Shown here piece after piece: positions 1-14,332 of a stretch of DNA of 64,000 nucleotides. Both the position numbers and the translations under genes were made by a program. Source of the stretch: Octopus sinensis (lineage: Eukaryota). How positions within the stretch are numbered: the first letter of the stretch is position 1; every line of letters begins with the position of its first letter. The stretch is from assembly GCF_006345805.1 (NCBI RefSeq), contig NC_043005.1, positions 24,490,001-24,554,000 of the forward strand, written 5' to 3'. The notes beneath the pieces are model-generated. The model worked only from the letters and a program-made list of their open reading frames with translations, was not told where the DNA came from and did no database searches.

Positions 1-155
1 ACGTCCAAGTAACTAAGCGGTTCGACAAAAAGAGATCGATAAAATAAGTACTAGGCTTACAAAGAATAAGTCCGAGGGTCGATTTGCTCGACTAAAGGCG
101 GTGCTCCAGCATGGCCACAGTCAAATGACTGAAACAAGTAAAAGAGTAAAAGAGA
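1..155 (+). mobile_element. tRNA-SINE family A, 3' part
   Basis: Matches the tails at 4262-4440 (minus), 21565-21715 (minus) and 31035-31170. Confidence 0.85.
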
Positions 156-559
156 GATGCAGTCCTCTTGATATGGGAGAACCTTCCACTATGGCCATTC
201 AAGGATCTCCACTGACCTAGGATCACCCTGACCACTAATGGCACAAACCTTCACTCATATGTTGTTACCCAGTTTACAGCTTCAGGCTTAGAGTACGTCC
301 ATTCAGTTATTCTAATCATTTAGTCATAAATAATAATTCGATTCAGAGTTGAGACAATACTGTGAAATGATATTGTCGTCATTGTGATGTTGGTGATAAT
401 TACTATAGTCTTGTATGCGAGTTTATTATCATTAATATAAACTCATATACAGTTCTATATTTATGAGAGGAGGAATTATGTACATTATTTACATTTGACG
501 GATATTTGTCCTCATCTTGTTTGTTGTTAACATTAGTTACATTTCACAGATATTTGTCC

Positions 560-932
560 TCATAAACGTTCAGACTTTGGGTCATCTCCAAGACTCACCA
601 CCCTTCCCTTCCTAAATTCAGCTGCCTACTTTTTCATTGTTGATAAAGTTGGAATGTCATCCCCTACTGTAGCAACTATGTCAGCATGAATGTCGTTGGG
701 AGTTAAAACCATTTTACTGCAGATAATTGATACCATAATATCTAATTACGTCCATTCTCTAGACGAGTCGCAGTTGCTTTTGAAGCCTCCTTTCAAAAGT
801 CAGATACCAGTTTACTTGGAAATAAACAATACAGTTATTAATAAGAATAGTTGAAATTAGCATCTGCAAGATTTCACAGCTCTACCATCACTCCTTCATA
901 ATCAGCCTATGAACTCTTCAGCCCACCCTCAT
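560..932 (-). mobile_element. Mariner relic (TIR + 5' transposase)
   Basis: TIR-like gagggtgggctgaagagttcataggc; minus strand resembles a mariner HTH region (TPNDIHADIVATVGDD). Confidence 0.6.
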
Positions 933-1032
933 TATCATAAATAATCTCGTAGAAATTCTCAAAACCTCGCACAATGTCATAAAATCTAATATGTTTTTAC
1001 AGAATTTTTCATCTTTTCCTGTAATTCTTTAG

Positions 1033-1253
1033 GGCACAGAATCTCAGAAATTCCACAACAATGGAACTGAAGTAATGTTGATATACTGCGTAGACGCGAC
1101 ACTCCCGAGATTTCAACAATTGGCCTACTGTATTTACCAATTCGTTACAATGTTTGTAGCTCCTACATTTATTTTGGCGATCTGCTATTCAAAGGTTATA
1201 TACGTGTTGTGGGTCAGCACAAAGCAACTGGCTCAGATGACTTTCACAGAAAG
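1033..1253 (+). CDS. Class A GPCR (neuropeptide-receptor-like) internal exon: ECL2 + TM5 + start of ICL3
   Basis: Acceptor ttctttAG at 1031-1032 and donor AG|GTGAGT at 1254. Open frame GTESQKFHNNGTEVMLIYCVD...AYCIYQFVTMFVAPTFILAICYSKVIYVLWVSTKQL has an ECL2 Cys and a TM5 FxxPxxIxxxCY motif. Ends in phase 2. Confidence 0.9.
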
Positions 1254-1499
1254 GTGAGTAACATGAACACTTGCTATTACTGTTGTTGCTATTTAGCACC
1301 AGGTCAGCCCTTAATGGAACAAACCTATGGTTAAAGGGATTCCAGCTATGACCAACCAAAATTTTAAGAGGTATGTAGTTCTAAATTATCCAATATCTCA
1401 GGTTATTTAAGACGGTAGGTTGTTAAAGTAAGATAACTTGGCAGCTATTTCAGTAGCTGAGCGATCACGATGACATTCTTTCACTGTTGAAGATGTTGT

Positions 1500-1870
1500 C
1501 GTTGTGGTTATTGCTGTTGATATTCTTGGTGAAAATGTCCGTGGCGTCGCCGTCGCTGTTGTTGTTGTTGTTGTTGTTTATCTGCAGAGTTGACCCAAAA
1601 GACGAAGACCTGGGAGAGAGTAGATGCACGGTCCACGGAACGTGATCTGGCAAGTCCGATGTGGATAGTGGTGAGGGGATATCCGTGTAGGATAAAGTGG
1701 CGAGCCATGAGTTGAGAGTGAGTCTTAAAGGCATGGTCGTCACTACAGAGCCTGCGTAGACGGATGGAAAGTTTGGCGTGTTTAGCGTGGGAGGAGGAGA
1801 AGTTGAGGTATGAGTGTGAGTCTGTGTGTTTGTAGTGGATGGAGGTGTTGAGAGTGGAGTGATGAATGTA
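1500..1870 (-). mobile_element. Penelope-like element fragment (RT thumb)
   Basis: Minus frame IRLRRLCSDDHAFKTHSQLMARHFILHGYP. Confidence 0.75.
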
Positions 1871-2129
1871 AGTGAAAAGAAATTATCTCTGCGTCAGTAA
1901 TCGAAATTTGCTGGTATTGTTCGGTAAATTTGAAGTTTATCTTCCGTCATACTGCAATCCTGATTTATGTCTTGGGCCCTCTCAAACACGGATCGACTCG
2001 TAAGAGCACCGTTATGACATACAGTGTGTTTTGGGAATTTTTTTTAATCTGGCGGAGAGCTAGGCCTTCTCCAGGTCTATACAGAGCTTATTTCCTTCTG
2101 AGAAAAACAGAAAGAGAATCGACTTCAGT

Positions 2130-2277
2130 ACATGACTGGTGTTTTATTAATTGAACTCGAAATGATTAAAAACAAAGTTGACCTCGTCGGGATTTGAACT
2201 CAAGGTGCAGAGAACGGAAACGAATACCGCAAAGGAGTCTACCCGACGCTCTAACGACGCTGCCAATTTGTCGCCTT
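2130..2277 (-). mobile_element. tRNA-SINE family B, degraded
   Basis: aaagttgacctcgtcgggatttgaactca similarity. Confidence 0.7.
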
Positions 2278-2601
2278 AATCCTTATTTATATGTCAATAA
2301 GATTAGCAATAATTAAGTCTGCCAACAGATACTAATTCCTGGTCACATATTTGTCTATTTTTGTTGCACAGATAAGTTCCAATTCAACATTCCGAATTTC
2401 TTGGACAAAGAATTTCAACCAAGCATTACAAACACATTCTAGTTAAAAGAATTTGGTACAATGAAACGAAATCTCCTTCGAAGACAATTATTACTATTTG
2501 TAACTTTAGGGATATCCATTTGTATGCTACGATGAAACTCCCTGAACATGTAAATTCAATGTTGAAAGAGTCACAGTTAGATGGAGTAACTAAGACTCTG
2601 T

Positions 2602-2657
<56 letters not shown>

Positions 2658-3049
2658 GACGTAATACAATGTACTTATAAATGTAATTATGAACAAAACT
2701 ATGGAATTCAGAAAATTTGGATATTGTATATAACAATTGAAAGAACAAAATTGAATTACATCTACTGGAGGGTAATATAATTATCCACCTGCTGTGTATA
2801 CATCTTTTAATGTATGTGAGTATATTTGTTGATGTAAGTCTTCCGGCTCAATAAAAGTTGGAAGTAAAGTGAAAGTAAATGAAACGGAAACCATGCAATC
2901 GGACACATAATTAAACATCGTAGAGTGTTTTTTTTTTATTTACCCTATCGATTCTCTCATTCCTGCTGATTCCTCTATATGACAGTTTCAAATTTAACAA
3001 CAGACGTATATGAACTTGATACCTTACAGTCAACCGATGCTTCAAATTT

Positions 3050-3300
3050 ACCACCATCCTTTCTGATGGTCTACTGATTCTTCTAACGCACCACCATTTT
3101 CTCCGACACTCCACTGATTCTTCTAACACACCACCATTTTCTCCGACACTCCACTGATTCTTCTAACACACCACCATTTTCTCCGACACTCCACTGATTC
3201 TTCTAACACACCACCATTTTCTCCGACACTCCACTGACTCTTCTAATTCATCAACATCTTCGCAGACACTTTACCGATTCTTGTACTCCACCACCAACAT
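3050..3300. repeat. 40-bp minisatellite, about 4 near-perfect plus 2 degenerate units
   Basis: ccaccattttctccgacactccactgattcttctaacaca at 3091, 3131, 3171 and 3211. Confidence 0.95.
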
Positions 3301-3789
3301 TTCTGTTAATTCTTTATTCACCTAACAACATTCTCTAACATGGCATCAAAATTTTACATTAATAACAGCAAGAAGAATAAATAAATAAACAATTAAATTA
3401 CTAATTTAATAAGTAAATATATAAATTATATTGATTATTCAATAATTTAAAAAGTTTGACTACATAATGTCCTGCATGTTTCCCGAACTGTAACCCTTTT
3501 AAATATTGATTCCTCTCATTCCGAATAAATATTACTTAACTTGCTTTTATCACATTAATTCTTACTTATATTTCAAACTAAAGCGTATTTGCAGCTACAA
3601 AGGTCATACAAGGAATAGAAATTCCAAGTTGTACTCACCTAGTTTCGGAAATACTTATCTAGACCTTGCTTTTACATGCACGTCCATTACATCTGCGCCC
3701 ACACACAGTTTTACGAACAAACCAGCTAGTCTGCGTTCAGTTCTAGATTAATTTTCAAAAACAAGTAAATGTTAATTATGTAATACAAA

Positions 3790-4255
3790 GGCGGCGAGAT
3801 GGCAGAAACGTTAGCACGCCGGGCGAAATGCGTAGCCGTATTTCGTCGGGAAACCATGTGATTGGGAAGCAAGCTATTTACCACACAGCCAATCCTTCGC
3901 CTATACACAGCTACACCTGCGTCATATTCTGGATTCAAATTCCGCCGAGGTCAACTTTGCATTTCATCCTTTCGGGGGTCAATAAATTAAGTACCAGTTA
4001 CGCACTGGGGTCGATATAATCGACTTAATCCCTTTGTCTGTCCTTGTTTGTCCTCTCTGTGTTTAGCCCCTTGTGGGTAGTAAAGAACTAGGTATTTCGT
4101 CTGTCTTTACATTCTGAGTTCAAATTCCGCAGGGGTCGACTTTGCCTTCCATCCTTTCGGGGTCGATAAATTAAGTACCAGTTGTGTACTGTGGTGGATC
4201 TAATCGACTGGCTCCCTCCCCTAAAATTTCGGGCCTTGTGCCTAGAGTAAACCAG
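3790..4255 (+). mobile_element. tRNA-SINE family B (Deu/Nin-domain-like), dimeric, with an inverted family A head inserted
   Basis: Core gtcgactttgcctttcatcctttcggggtcgataaattaagtacc occurs twice; 3852-3905 is the reverse complement of the family A head. Confidence 0.85.
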
Positions 4256-4261
4256 GATATT

Positions 4262-4502
4262 TTCTTTTATTCTTACACTTGTTTCAGTCATTTGACTGCG
4301 GCCATGCTGGAGCACCGCCTTTTAGTTCAACAAATCTATCTCAGGACTTATTCTTTGTAAGCTTAGTACTTATTCTATCGGTTCTCTTTTGCCGAACCGC
4401 TAAGTTACAGGGACGTAAGCACACCAGCGTCGGTTGTCAAGCGATGGTGGGGGGACAAACACAGACACACAGTCATACACACACACACACATATGTATAT
4501 AT

Positions 4503-4540
<38 letters not shown>

Positions 4541-4690
4541 CGACGGGCTTCTTTCAGTTTTCATCTACCAAATCCACTCACAAGGCTTTGGTCGGCCCGA
4601 GGCTGTAGTAGAAGACATTTACGCAAGGTGCCACGCAGTGGGACTGAACCCAGAACCATGTGGTTGGTAAGCAAGCTACTTACCACACAT
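4262..4690 (-). mobile_element. tRNA-SINE family A with internal (TA)n/(CA)n
   Basis: B-box-like ggttcagtccc head; homologous to 30826-31170. Confidence 0.88.
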
Positions 4691-4874
4691 ACACTATATT
4701 AGCTAGAATGTTTGTAATTGTTGTTGTTGTTTTGTTTACTCTAAGATCATGGAAGGAAAATAATTGGTCTCCAATTAACGACGTTCCATCCGTGACGAAC
4801 TTTTCTTTATTCGAGACACAGTATCTAGAACTAGGCTATCAAAACTGCTTTCCACAACCACCTGTCTCTCTTTG

Positions 4875-4905
<31 letters not shown>

Positions 4906-4914
4906 GTCTCTCTC

Positions 4915-4949
<35 letters not shown>

Positions 4950-5711
4950 ATTTCTCTCTCTCTCTCTCTCTCACTCCCTCTCATTAAGAAGGTACAATTT
5001 GAAAATGGCAGATGTTTTGTTTGGTATTACTAGTCGGATATGTGACACCTTAGAGACAATACCAAATACAAGTAATTGCTAATTATATTCCAAACAAGTT
5101 TTGATGGATGGGAACTAGTCCGACATTTTGACTTCTTGTATATTTCGATTCTACGTCTATAATGGTCGACGTGTTACTGACACAACGGTAGTGTTAACGT
5201 TAGTACATTCTCTTGGTCTTTTGTTCTTTTACCTGTTTCAGTCATTTGACTGCGGCCATGCTGGAGCACCGCCTTTTTAGTCGAACTTTAATTTGAAGAC
5301 AATAATTTTCTGCTGCTGCCTCAAATATAATCATTAGAAAAAGGATACAAATAGAAAAAATATTTCCAATACGGACAACGAGTACTTTAAACTCACTCCA
5401 TGCAGATATTCTACGACGTGTTAGTAAAACTTGGGGACAATGCTGTTTATACAAAAATGAGATAACAGAAGCTTTAAAAATTGTATAATTTAATAAACAA
5501 ATGAAATCATCAAAGATTAACTTTTATGTTTTAATTTTCATGAATTAAAACGTTGTTTACGGTGTTTTAATGCATAATTTGATGTTGTAGTAATTACCAT
5601 TTGCACGAAATTGGTTTAATAAATAGTTTTCTGGGTAAAAAATCAATTTAGCGTGTTTTTTATAAAACAAATTTTTAAAAATTCAATCATTTTGGGAAAC
5701 CTTATATTGAA

Positions 5712-7372
5712 CTAACAGAGATATCCGGCGTTGCCCGTGTTACATGCAATTGAAGAATTAAACTGTTCTGTTATATTTTCTGTAATGAATTGGAATACCT
5801 AAAGAGGGTTCTTTCCCTCTTTACTTACCCTAAAAAATTCTAATCACGACACATGTATCCCATACTACTGATCTTTCTGCGCAGATTCCAAAATTCCAGT
5901 CTTATTGAACCTGTTAAAAGGATTTTGCTCCTGAAAAATGGAGGTCATGGAGGTCTAAAATGTGGGGGCTAAGGCCCCTATTGGGGATGGGTGTCTTAAT
6001 ATCAGCCAGAGAAGTTGAATTGTTGAGAATCTTTTAAACTTGGGTCTTATATATATTGTTCCAATTTCTTTGAAATCGGAAATATATGTATGTTCACTGG
6101 GTTTATAAAAGCGAACAAAGCTACAGGAAACCAAAAGACGAATGATCACAATAAGCAGTCAGCTACACTACCTTAGTCGTTACCACTCCCCAATGTAGGA
6201 TTCCTCACCATACAGGTAACAGGCACAGCCGTAAGATGCATTACGGATCTATAGCAATTGGAAAGGCGTGATCCAACTCAAATAAACATTAACAACTGTG
6301 TAACGTGAGGGCTAAGGAGAAAAGAAAGTGTCACCTCTGGAGCTTGCAGATGACCACTATACCGATAGGTAACTGGACAGAATAATTTACAATCTATAAA
6401 TGTCTTTGAATAACCAGTCACTCATCTGGGAAGGCCTTGAAATCAATGTTACCATCTGGGGACTATGTATGACCCAGTGATAATAAAAAGACTCAAGGGA
6501 GGCCTGCAACTAAATAACTTTACTCAACACTCTGCAACTGAATCAGTGGAGGCAAAGATGACTCTCATTTACTTGACAATTTATGCACCACATTGCAGAA
6601 ACCGCAATCTAAGTATATATCAAAGCAAACTCTTACACTGTTGTACTATTTAATTACAAATAATGCTCATCTTTTATGCTCGGGTGACCCTATAGCTTCC
6701 ACGAGTACAACTGTATTCGTCTTTGCTTAGATAAAATGACTAAATTGTGGGTGTTAAGTCCCCATGAGGGGGTCTTTGTAACTTCTAAGAAGATGAAATT
6801 TTAGAAATATTACTTCATTTGTGTCTTATATCTATGGTTAAAATTTCATCAGCAGCAAAGATACATGAATTTTCATGGAGGTTATAGCCCTTATGCATAG
6901 AATATAATTTCCAAATTTCATAAAGATCCATTGAGTACTTTTGACCTAGTTTTGGATCATAAAAAATGACTAAAATTTGGGATTTAAGGCCCCCATTAGG
7001 GGGTCATAGAATTCTCATGAGAAGTCGCAAGTTTGAGAATACTTCTTGATGTGTGTCAATTACTCATGGTTGAAATTTCATCAACATCGAAAATTTATGA
7101 ATTTTCATGGGGGTTCTGCCCCCTTTAAGCCATCTCAAATTCAAACCAAACATATTGCATTATACCCACCCTTATGCATTATATCTAAGTTCCAAATATC
7201 ATAAGGATTCATTAAGTAATTTTGGTCCATGAAATTGTATGAATCATACAGCATTACCTTTCTCCCTAGGGTTGGATTTTGTGTTCCAAATTTCATTAGG
7301 ATCGGTGCAGTAGTTTTCGAATGTATACGTAACACACGAACACACGTAAAGACATTGACTATTACTATTATA
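5712..7372 (-). mobile_element. Larger non-autonomous Helitron-like element with internal ~230-bp repeats
   Basis: Same 3' hairpin (ccggcgttgcccg) at 5725 and a similar ccaaatttcat..atcgg subterminus near 7290. Repeated aaaatgactaaa...cccc..ggggtc units. Confidence 0.6.
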
Positions 7373-7384
7373 TTTTTATTTTGA

Positions 7385-7645
7385 TAAGCCTGGTACTTAT
7401 TCTATCAGTTTCTTCTTGTCAAACCAGTAAGTTATGGGGATGTAAATAAACGAACAACAGTTGTGAAGCAGTGATGAGGAAGAAACACAGAGAGAAAGAC
7501 ACACACATACACTTACATATATACATATATATATATATATATAAATATATATATACGATTGATTCCTTTAATTTTCTGTCTACGAAATCCACTCACAAGG
7601 CTCTGGTTGGTCTGAGACAATAGCAGAAGACACATGCCAAGTTAC
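7385..7645 (-). mobile_element. tRNA-SINE family A, degraded
   Basis: Similarity to 4360-4620. Confidence 0.7.
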
Positions 7646-7748
7646 CAACTTGTTGTCTCTTGAGGTCTCTGGATGAGACTTGGAGTCAACTTGTACAAAT
7701 ACATATATTAATAATACATATTAATAATACATACGTACATACATACAT

Positions 7749-7799
<51 letters not shown>

Positions 7800-7805
<6 letters not shown>

Positions 7806-8140
7806 TGGGACCATCCAGGCAAATAGACCAGATATCGTTGTGAAAGATCAAAACAATAAAGTCTGTCTACGGATTGACAAGAGCTTACCCTGTGACCATA
7901 ATATCTAAGCAAAAGAATTTGATAAGCGCAGAAAATATGAAGATTTGCCAATAGAAACCGAAAAGTTGTGGCATCTCAAGACGGTTACAATACCAGTGAT
8001 ACTAGGGGCACTCGGAATGATCAATAAAGAACTGAAAATTATTTAAGACTGATCCCTGGCTTACTATCTATGCATGAAGTGCAAACGATTGTCTTAGCTG
8101 TACGTCACACGTAATGTGAAGAGCAATGTCACTCTGAATT
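7800..8140 (+). mobile_element. R4/Dong-like 3' fragment (RLE domain)
   Basis: TDGTIQANRPDIVVKD...CLRID, KLWHLKTVTIPVILGALGMI, VQTIVL. Confidence 0.8.
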
Positions 8141-9182
8141 TTCTTTCCATTTTCGTTATTTTCTTTTTTTCCTGATTTCTTTTTTCATTCTTTCAGCCAT
8201 TCATTCATCGCTTCCAGCCCTTCCTTGTACATAGCAATTCGTAAAGGATTTGAGCGGTTCAAAGAGGTAATAGCTGGAAGGGGCAGATAGATCTGGATTG
8301 CATGCAGAATGTTCTAGCAACTCGGGCTATCTGTGTATCATATTTAATGTGGGCGTGCACTCTTGTGCAAAACTAACACTTGCTTTCGACAATAGACCTC
8401 AGTATTTGGGGCGAATTGCACACAGGTAACGGGATATCATTTAACTTATGTGCCCCTGAAGCATTCAAAATACACTTCCCTAAACATATTGCTTCTAAGA
8501 GATGCTCTGAAAAAAAGTTGCTGTTGCACCCACAAGTGTTTCAAAAATATCAAACACTTTCAACTTTTTCCAAGTATAATATGCATAATAATAGAAGGTG
8601 GAATCGAGTCACCTCTCGTCAGTTTCTGAACCCCTCTTCTACAACATCATAAATAAAACCAACACCGTTAAAAGTTAAATCCCTCTGTATAGCTTTCCCT
8701 ACTCTTAATTACAGATAACATATTTTCCCATATATTATTCTGTGATTATTTCTTGTACAATATGTATTTTATATATTAGCAACTAGGTTAGCTTCTCCTT
8801 GTGTTGAGTTTTAGAAAAATATATCACTTCGTTATATCAATTCCTGCTAACTTAAAATATATTTAATCATCATTGTTAACTCATTTTCCTCTACACAATT
8901 AATCGGTACATGTGATATACATACCACTGTATATATTTTGTATACATCACTAAATGTATACGTATTGTAGATACCAAAATCACTCTTCTTTTGTGTTAAA
9001 TCCTTGTTATCTCTAACTAAACCACATATGACATTATCACTAATTTTTCATAACTTTCTTTTACTTCCGTCTGAAGTATATATTAAAGCATTTCACCATA
9101 TCAAATAGTTGAAGAATGTCCATTCTGCTTCGCTATTCTTCACTCACCATTGCTCGCATATATATATATAATTATATATATA

Positions 9183-9280
<98 letters not shown>

Positions 9281-10242
9281 TATACATATACATACATACA
9301 TACATACATACATACATACATACATACATACATACATACATAAATATGTTTGGTGCGTGTGTGTGTGTATGTATTTATGTTTGTATATATATATATAAAT
9401 CACGTATATATTAGTTATATTACTCTAATGTCCTGGTCACTGTGTGCATATTTTTATTATTATTAATATTTACCCCTTGAGATTGTCTTTTTTTCACAAT
9501 GAAAATTTTTATGCATCACTTCTTCTTTAATTCACTCAACTTCTATATTCTCATACAGATTAAAAATTTTAGTTATATTTTCATTTTCCGTGGTGTTTTC
9601 ATTTTCTTTACACTGTATTCCTTAAGTTATTTTTGATACGCATGATTAATGTTTTTTTACAATTCTATTATTTTATCACCTTACATAAGAAATAATTTAC
9701 TGTGTAAACACCGCGCTTTTATGAGGTCTCGTTTACACACGCACCTACTTTATTAAAGTCTATTACGTTTTTCTTTTTCACACTTTATTTCTTGCTAAAC
9801 ATTTCCTGCGTCCATTCTCCTTAGATTTATTAAATCTTCAACATCGCCATCATTATTCACATTTACATGAAGTCGCTACTTTTCACAGTTTTTCTTTCTC
9901 AGACAGTATTTTTAAGTTCCTTTATTCTAACTCAAATAATTACCATTCTACATAATCTAATACTAACCGTCGTAGCTTTTCGTTTCCCTAGGACATTTCT
10001 TGCTCACATTAAACTTTTCCGTTATATAATTTAATCGTCCCTCTTGTGTCAAACATTGTTCTATCAAACTGTTATTGACTGGCTTTCTCACAGCTGTATT
10101 TCTTCCAGAGATATCCCTTTTGAGCACATTTAAACCATTCCTTGTAGCTACAGAATTCTTACTTCTATTTTTACCTGCTACTAGTACATTAAATGATTAT
10201 TTACCTTATTACTCTATACATACCTTATATTATTATTATTAT

Positions 10243-10783
10243 CATTGAGTGAGAGAGCAGTTCATGCCATCAAAGTGACACTGGGGTAAAATATACGAAG
10301 CCTAATATACCCATCATGACTACCCGTCTGATAAGGGTACACCAGGCACATGCATCATAACCATATGTGCGCGACATGGTGATCTCATATCAGGATAAAC
10401 AGCACATGACCTTGCAGGTGGGGCCCAGTTAGAATTTTCTTCAGGTTGAGTAGCCCATCCCGCTCAAAAGGTCCCTGAATAAGGGTTGTTTAAGGATGTT
10501 GAAAAAACCACCCATGTTTCCAGAGGTGAATTATTCAAACCCCAAAGAATCCCTCTCAACACATGGCTAGGATGCTCCCCCACTACTTCTGCTCGTGATC
10601 AGAGATGCACATATCGTCAGCCACTAAGGGACATGCTCAACTGGTTAAAGTCAAACAACTGACAAGCAAATCTGTGGTATTGAGCAGAATATTTGCTGTA
10701 GCCCATCTTTTATACCAAGACAAAACAATGTACATGATAACACTTTCAATCAGTTAAGATCAGAAGCCATGAGAGCTACTGCC
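10243..10783. mobile_element. About 540-bp unclassified interspersed element embedded in (TAT)n
   Basis: GC-richer block with sharp boundaries between two TAT tracts; no ORF. Confidence 0.5.
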
Positions 10784-10784
10784 A

Positions 10785-10855
<71 letters not shown>

Positions 10856-10856
<1 letters not shown>

Positions 10857-13800
10857 TACTACTTTACATTTGTTCAAGTTCGCTCCAAGTTTCACCCAGA
10901 GACCTCAAGAGACAATAAGTTGGAAGTTCATATTGGTGCCATATATTTGTTTTTGTACTTAGTGTTGTACTAGTGAATGTTTAAGAAACCATAAGAATAT
11001 TGTTTGTTTTAAAACTTGAGATTACATAGAAAGTAATTTGCGTAGGATATGGGTAGTTCCCATGAGCACTATTTTTTAATTTCTGCCATTTTAGGGTTTC
11101 TAGTATCTGAGCAAGGTATTAATCAGCCCCTTTTGCTATCATTTCTAGGACACCTATGACAGCAGGTATTGTTTTAGTCTTCAGGTTCCACATTTTGCCA
11201 ATTTCTATTTCAAAATCTTTACACTTGCTCAGTTTTTGGTAGGTCTTGGTAGATACATTTATGTTGAGTGGGACAGTCATATCAATGAGGAGGCATGATT
11301 TTTGTCTGAAGTCTTTCAATATGATGTCTTGCCTATTCGCATCTATCTTTCTGTCAGTTTTCACGGTGAAGTTCCAGAGGAGTGAGATGTGATCATTTTC
11401 AAGTACTGAGGTGGTTTGTGTTACCACCAATTTTAATATCATGGGGCAGATCCAGGTTTTTTCAAATTACCCAGTGAATACACAGTGCTGCTCTATCATA
11501 CCTTTTGAGATACTCTATAGGTGCAAGAAGACTGCACATGGAGACAACATGATCAATGGTTTTGTTTTGTTGTCGACATACACGACATGTTGGGCTACTA
11601 CCGTTGTTTAATATGTTGGCCTGGTAGTTTCTTGTCGGTAGATATTGATCTTGGACTGCTATGACAAACCCTTCTGTTTCTGATTTTAAGCCAGAAGACA
11701 ATAACCATTGATGAGTAAGGGCTTTGTCAACATCAGTATTATTAGTTCTCTTGGGGCATTTACGATGGGGGGTTTTTCTTGTCATTTATCAGTAAGAATA
11801 TCTAAAGCAGCAATTTTAGCACGTGTTTTCATACACTTAGCTTTTCCTGTGCTTGTTTCCAGTACGTCTAATTCTGGGATTAGATGTATTTAGAATTCAC
11901 TTAGATAATCCTTTGCCTGTTTTGTTACTGATTATGATACTTTCTTGTTTTCAAGCTTTGAGATAAGTTTTAACATCCATTCATCAGAGTTTTTCAGGTA
12001 GGTGTTAGGCCAGTTGTGGCAATCTTCAGCGTTAATTCCTGTTGTAAATGTCCACGGCCTCCCTCTTTCGTTGGCAAGTAAAGTCGTTCAGTATCTGCCT
12101 TAGGGTGGTGCATTCCATGCATTGTCAATAATTTTCGTATTTTCTGTGAAGATTACCTATTTCAGTAATTGACCAGTTAATGATATTGAAACTGTAAGTC
12201 ACGACTGGTATGGCTAAATTATTGATCGCTTTGATCCTGTTTCTTGCGTTCAGCCCTGTCTTGCGTATTGCTCTTACTCTGCGGTACATTCTCTTCTGAT
12301 CCTTTCCCTCATCATTGAATGTTTGATTCCATCCCCTTCAAATACCACTAGGTATTTGTAGCTCTCCACTGGTTTCTAACTCTTTTATGTCTGACTCTGC
12401 TGGTCAAGACTAACGTTGGATATTTCTGTCATTTTACCTTTGATAAAAGTAGCTTTTCGCAGATTTATCGAGAGCAAATTGCATCCTGATGTCATCACTG
12501 AATTATTTAACAATTGCTAGTAAGCCCTGTAGTTGTTAGTCATATTTTGCAAAGAGCTTTAAATCATGCATGTAAAAGAGATAATTTAAATAATTATCAA
12601 ACACTTTATAGCCATATTGTACATCATGGAGCAATTTCGAGAGATGTATTAAGGCTTCCATATTATATTTTTACTTTAATTTTCGGATGATTTTTGTTGG
12701 TTTGATAGTCTTGTCAAGCTCAATGTTTTTAAGCATTCTATGTCTTCCCAAAACAGCTGAATTTGGTGTTGAATACGATCTTGCCAAGTAGGCTTTTTGT
12801 GGGAATGTTGTCATTTTCTAATCTTTTCACCACATGGAATCGTTGCGATTTTCGCGGTTGCATAGTAAAGGTGGTTGAGATCTGTAATATCAACATCATT
12901 AACTGAAATCATATTCTTAAGCGCAAGTCGGATTTTACCAATTACTTTCAGGTTTTGGTTAGAGTTGCGAATTTTGGGGGGAGTGTCACGTTCATTCATA
13001 CTGGTTTCTTTAATTTTCAGACATTTAATCATGACTTGATTTTTTAGATCATCTGGTACAGTTGGTCAATTTCTGTGTGACTTTTTTCATCTATTTGACG
13101 TTTACGGATTCTTCAGAGATTATTTCCCTTTGCTTATGAGTTACATTAACTCTTTCAATCATTATTGCATTTTCATAAGCCCTAGGCTGGTCTATAATTA
13201 TTTCTTCTGTCGTATATTCTTTAGCTGCAACTTCGTTCCCTTTATTCCTTACTGATTGTTTAATTTGGTCAATCTCTAATTCAATTAATAATTTCTTTTT
13301 CCTTATGTTTCTTCTGACGTTGGCAAGTTTGTTACTGTCAATGTAGGATCTTACTTCAAGGTGCTTCTGTCTCCAGTTTAGGTCGGTTTGTTCAATATTA
13401 TATTTATTAGTAGGAAAATACATGGCATGATAGAAGGTCTTAAGATCTTCTTTATTATCTACCCGAGACCATTTTTCATTCATTTTGTTTTGGTTATTTG
13501 ATGACGAGCGTGGATGGCCATCTGTTAGAATATTCCGGTTGATGGGTAGTTCCAGCTCATGTGTTTCGGGAAGATTTGAACCAGTAGTACATTTTCCGTA
13601 TGCAGTCTGATTTCTCACTGGGTTACGCGGCCCTTTTTGAACCGGGTAACGGTCGATTCGGTTCGAATTATGCTTTGTTATCACTGAGGCATGGCGAACT
13701 TGGACGTTCACAGGGGACGGATCTGTCTGTTTAGGGTTAATTTTTCGAGACAACACCGCCTCTGAGTTCTCTGAATGAAAACATTTCTCGTAACGTAGCT

Positions 13801-14332
13801 TCTTAAGACTAACAGATCTGTATTCGTCTGTATTTATTTTCTGCTGATAGACTTATCTTTCGGAATAGTTTTTTTTTTTGTTTTTAAACTTATGAATTGT
13901 TCGCTTTGTCTGTATTAGTTCGAAAAATAAAAAAAAATTGCTTTGTTATTTTTTGCTTTGTTTGTGATAAGTGCTTTCATATATGTGTATTTGTGTCCTG
14001 TAAATTTCACGTAGTTGTATAAACAATGGGATGTATGTGTAGTCCTAAGGTTATTAAAACGTATATATGATTGTGTAAACATTCGAGTGTATGCGTAATT
14101 AATCAATTTACGTACTTACTCTTTTGTTCCATTTATTTTTTATAATTTGTAAATTTTCCGATGTTGATTTCGCATGTGTTTTTCGCACATATTTTACTGA
14201 GACATCGTGCTTGGGAGAAACTATACTTTGAATGGCAGTGAAATTTCGGTTTTGCACTTATTTTCGTTAAAAGGCCGCTTTTGAATGGAGAGCCAGATAC
14301 ATAATCGACTCATCCTCTCTTTCAGAATGAAA
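10856..14332 (-). mobile_element. Degraded, internally deleted R4/Dong-like non-LTR retrotransposon (RT + restriction-like endonuclease) in (TAA)n
   Basis: Frames give GLKSETEGFVIAVQDQ...CRVC...HVVSMC, LLWNF..TDRKIDANRQDI...LLIDMTVP and a C-terminal KIVLMGTTHILRKLL. TAT/TAA tracts lie at 10784-10855 and 14333-14363. Confidence 0.85.

Noticed and set aside
3050-3300. 40-bp repeats as a CRISPR-like array
   Set aside because: The units are contiguous with no unique spacers, the context is eukaryotic and there are no cas genes; it is a minisatellite.
9140-9403. ORFs rich in YI/CV/HT/LSIY repeats here and throughout the window
   Set aside because: They are translations of (TA)n, (CA)n, (TACA)n and (GATA)n microsatellites.
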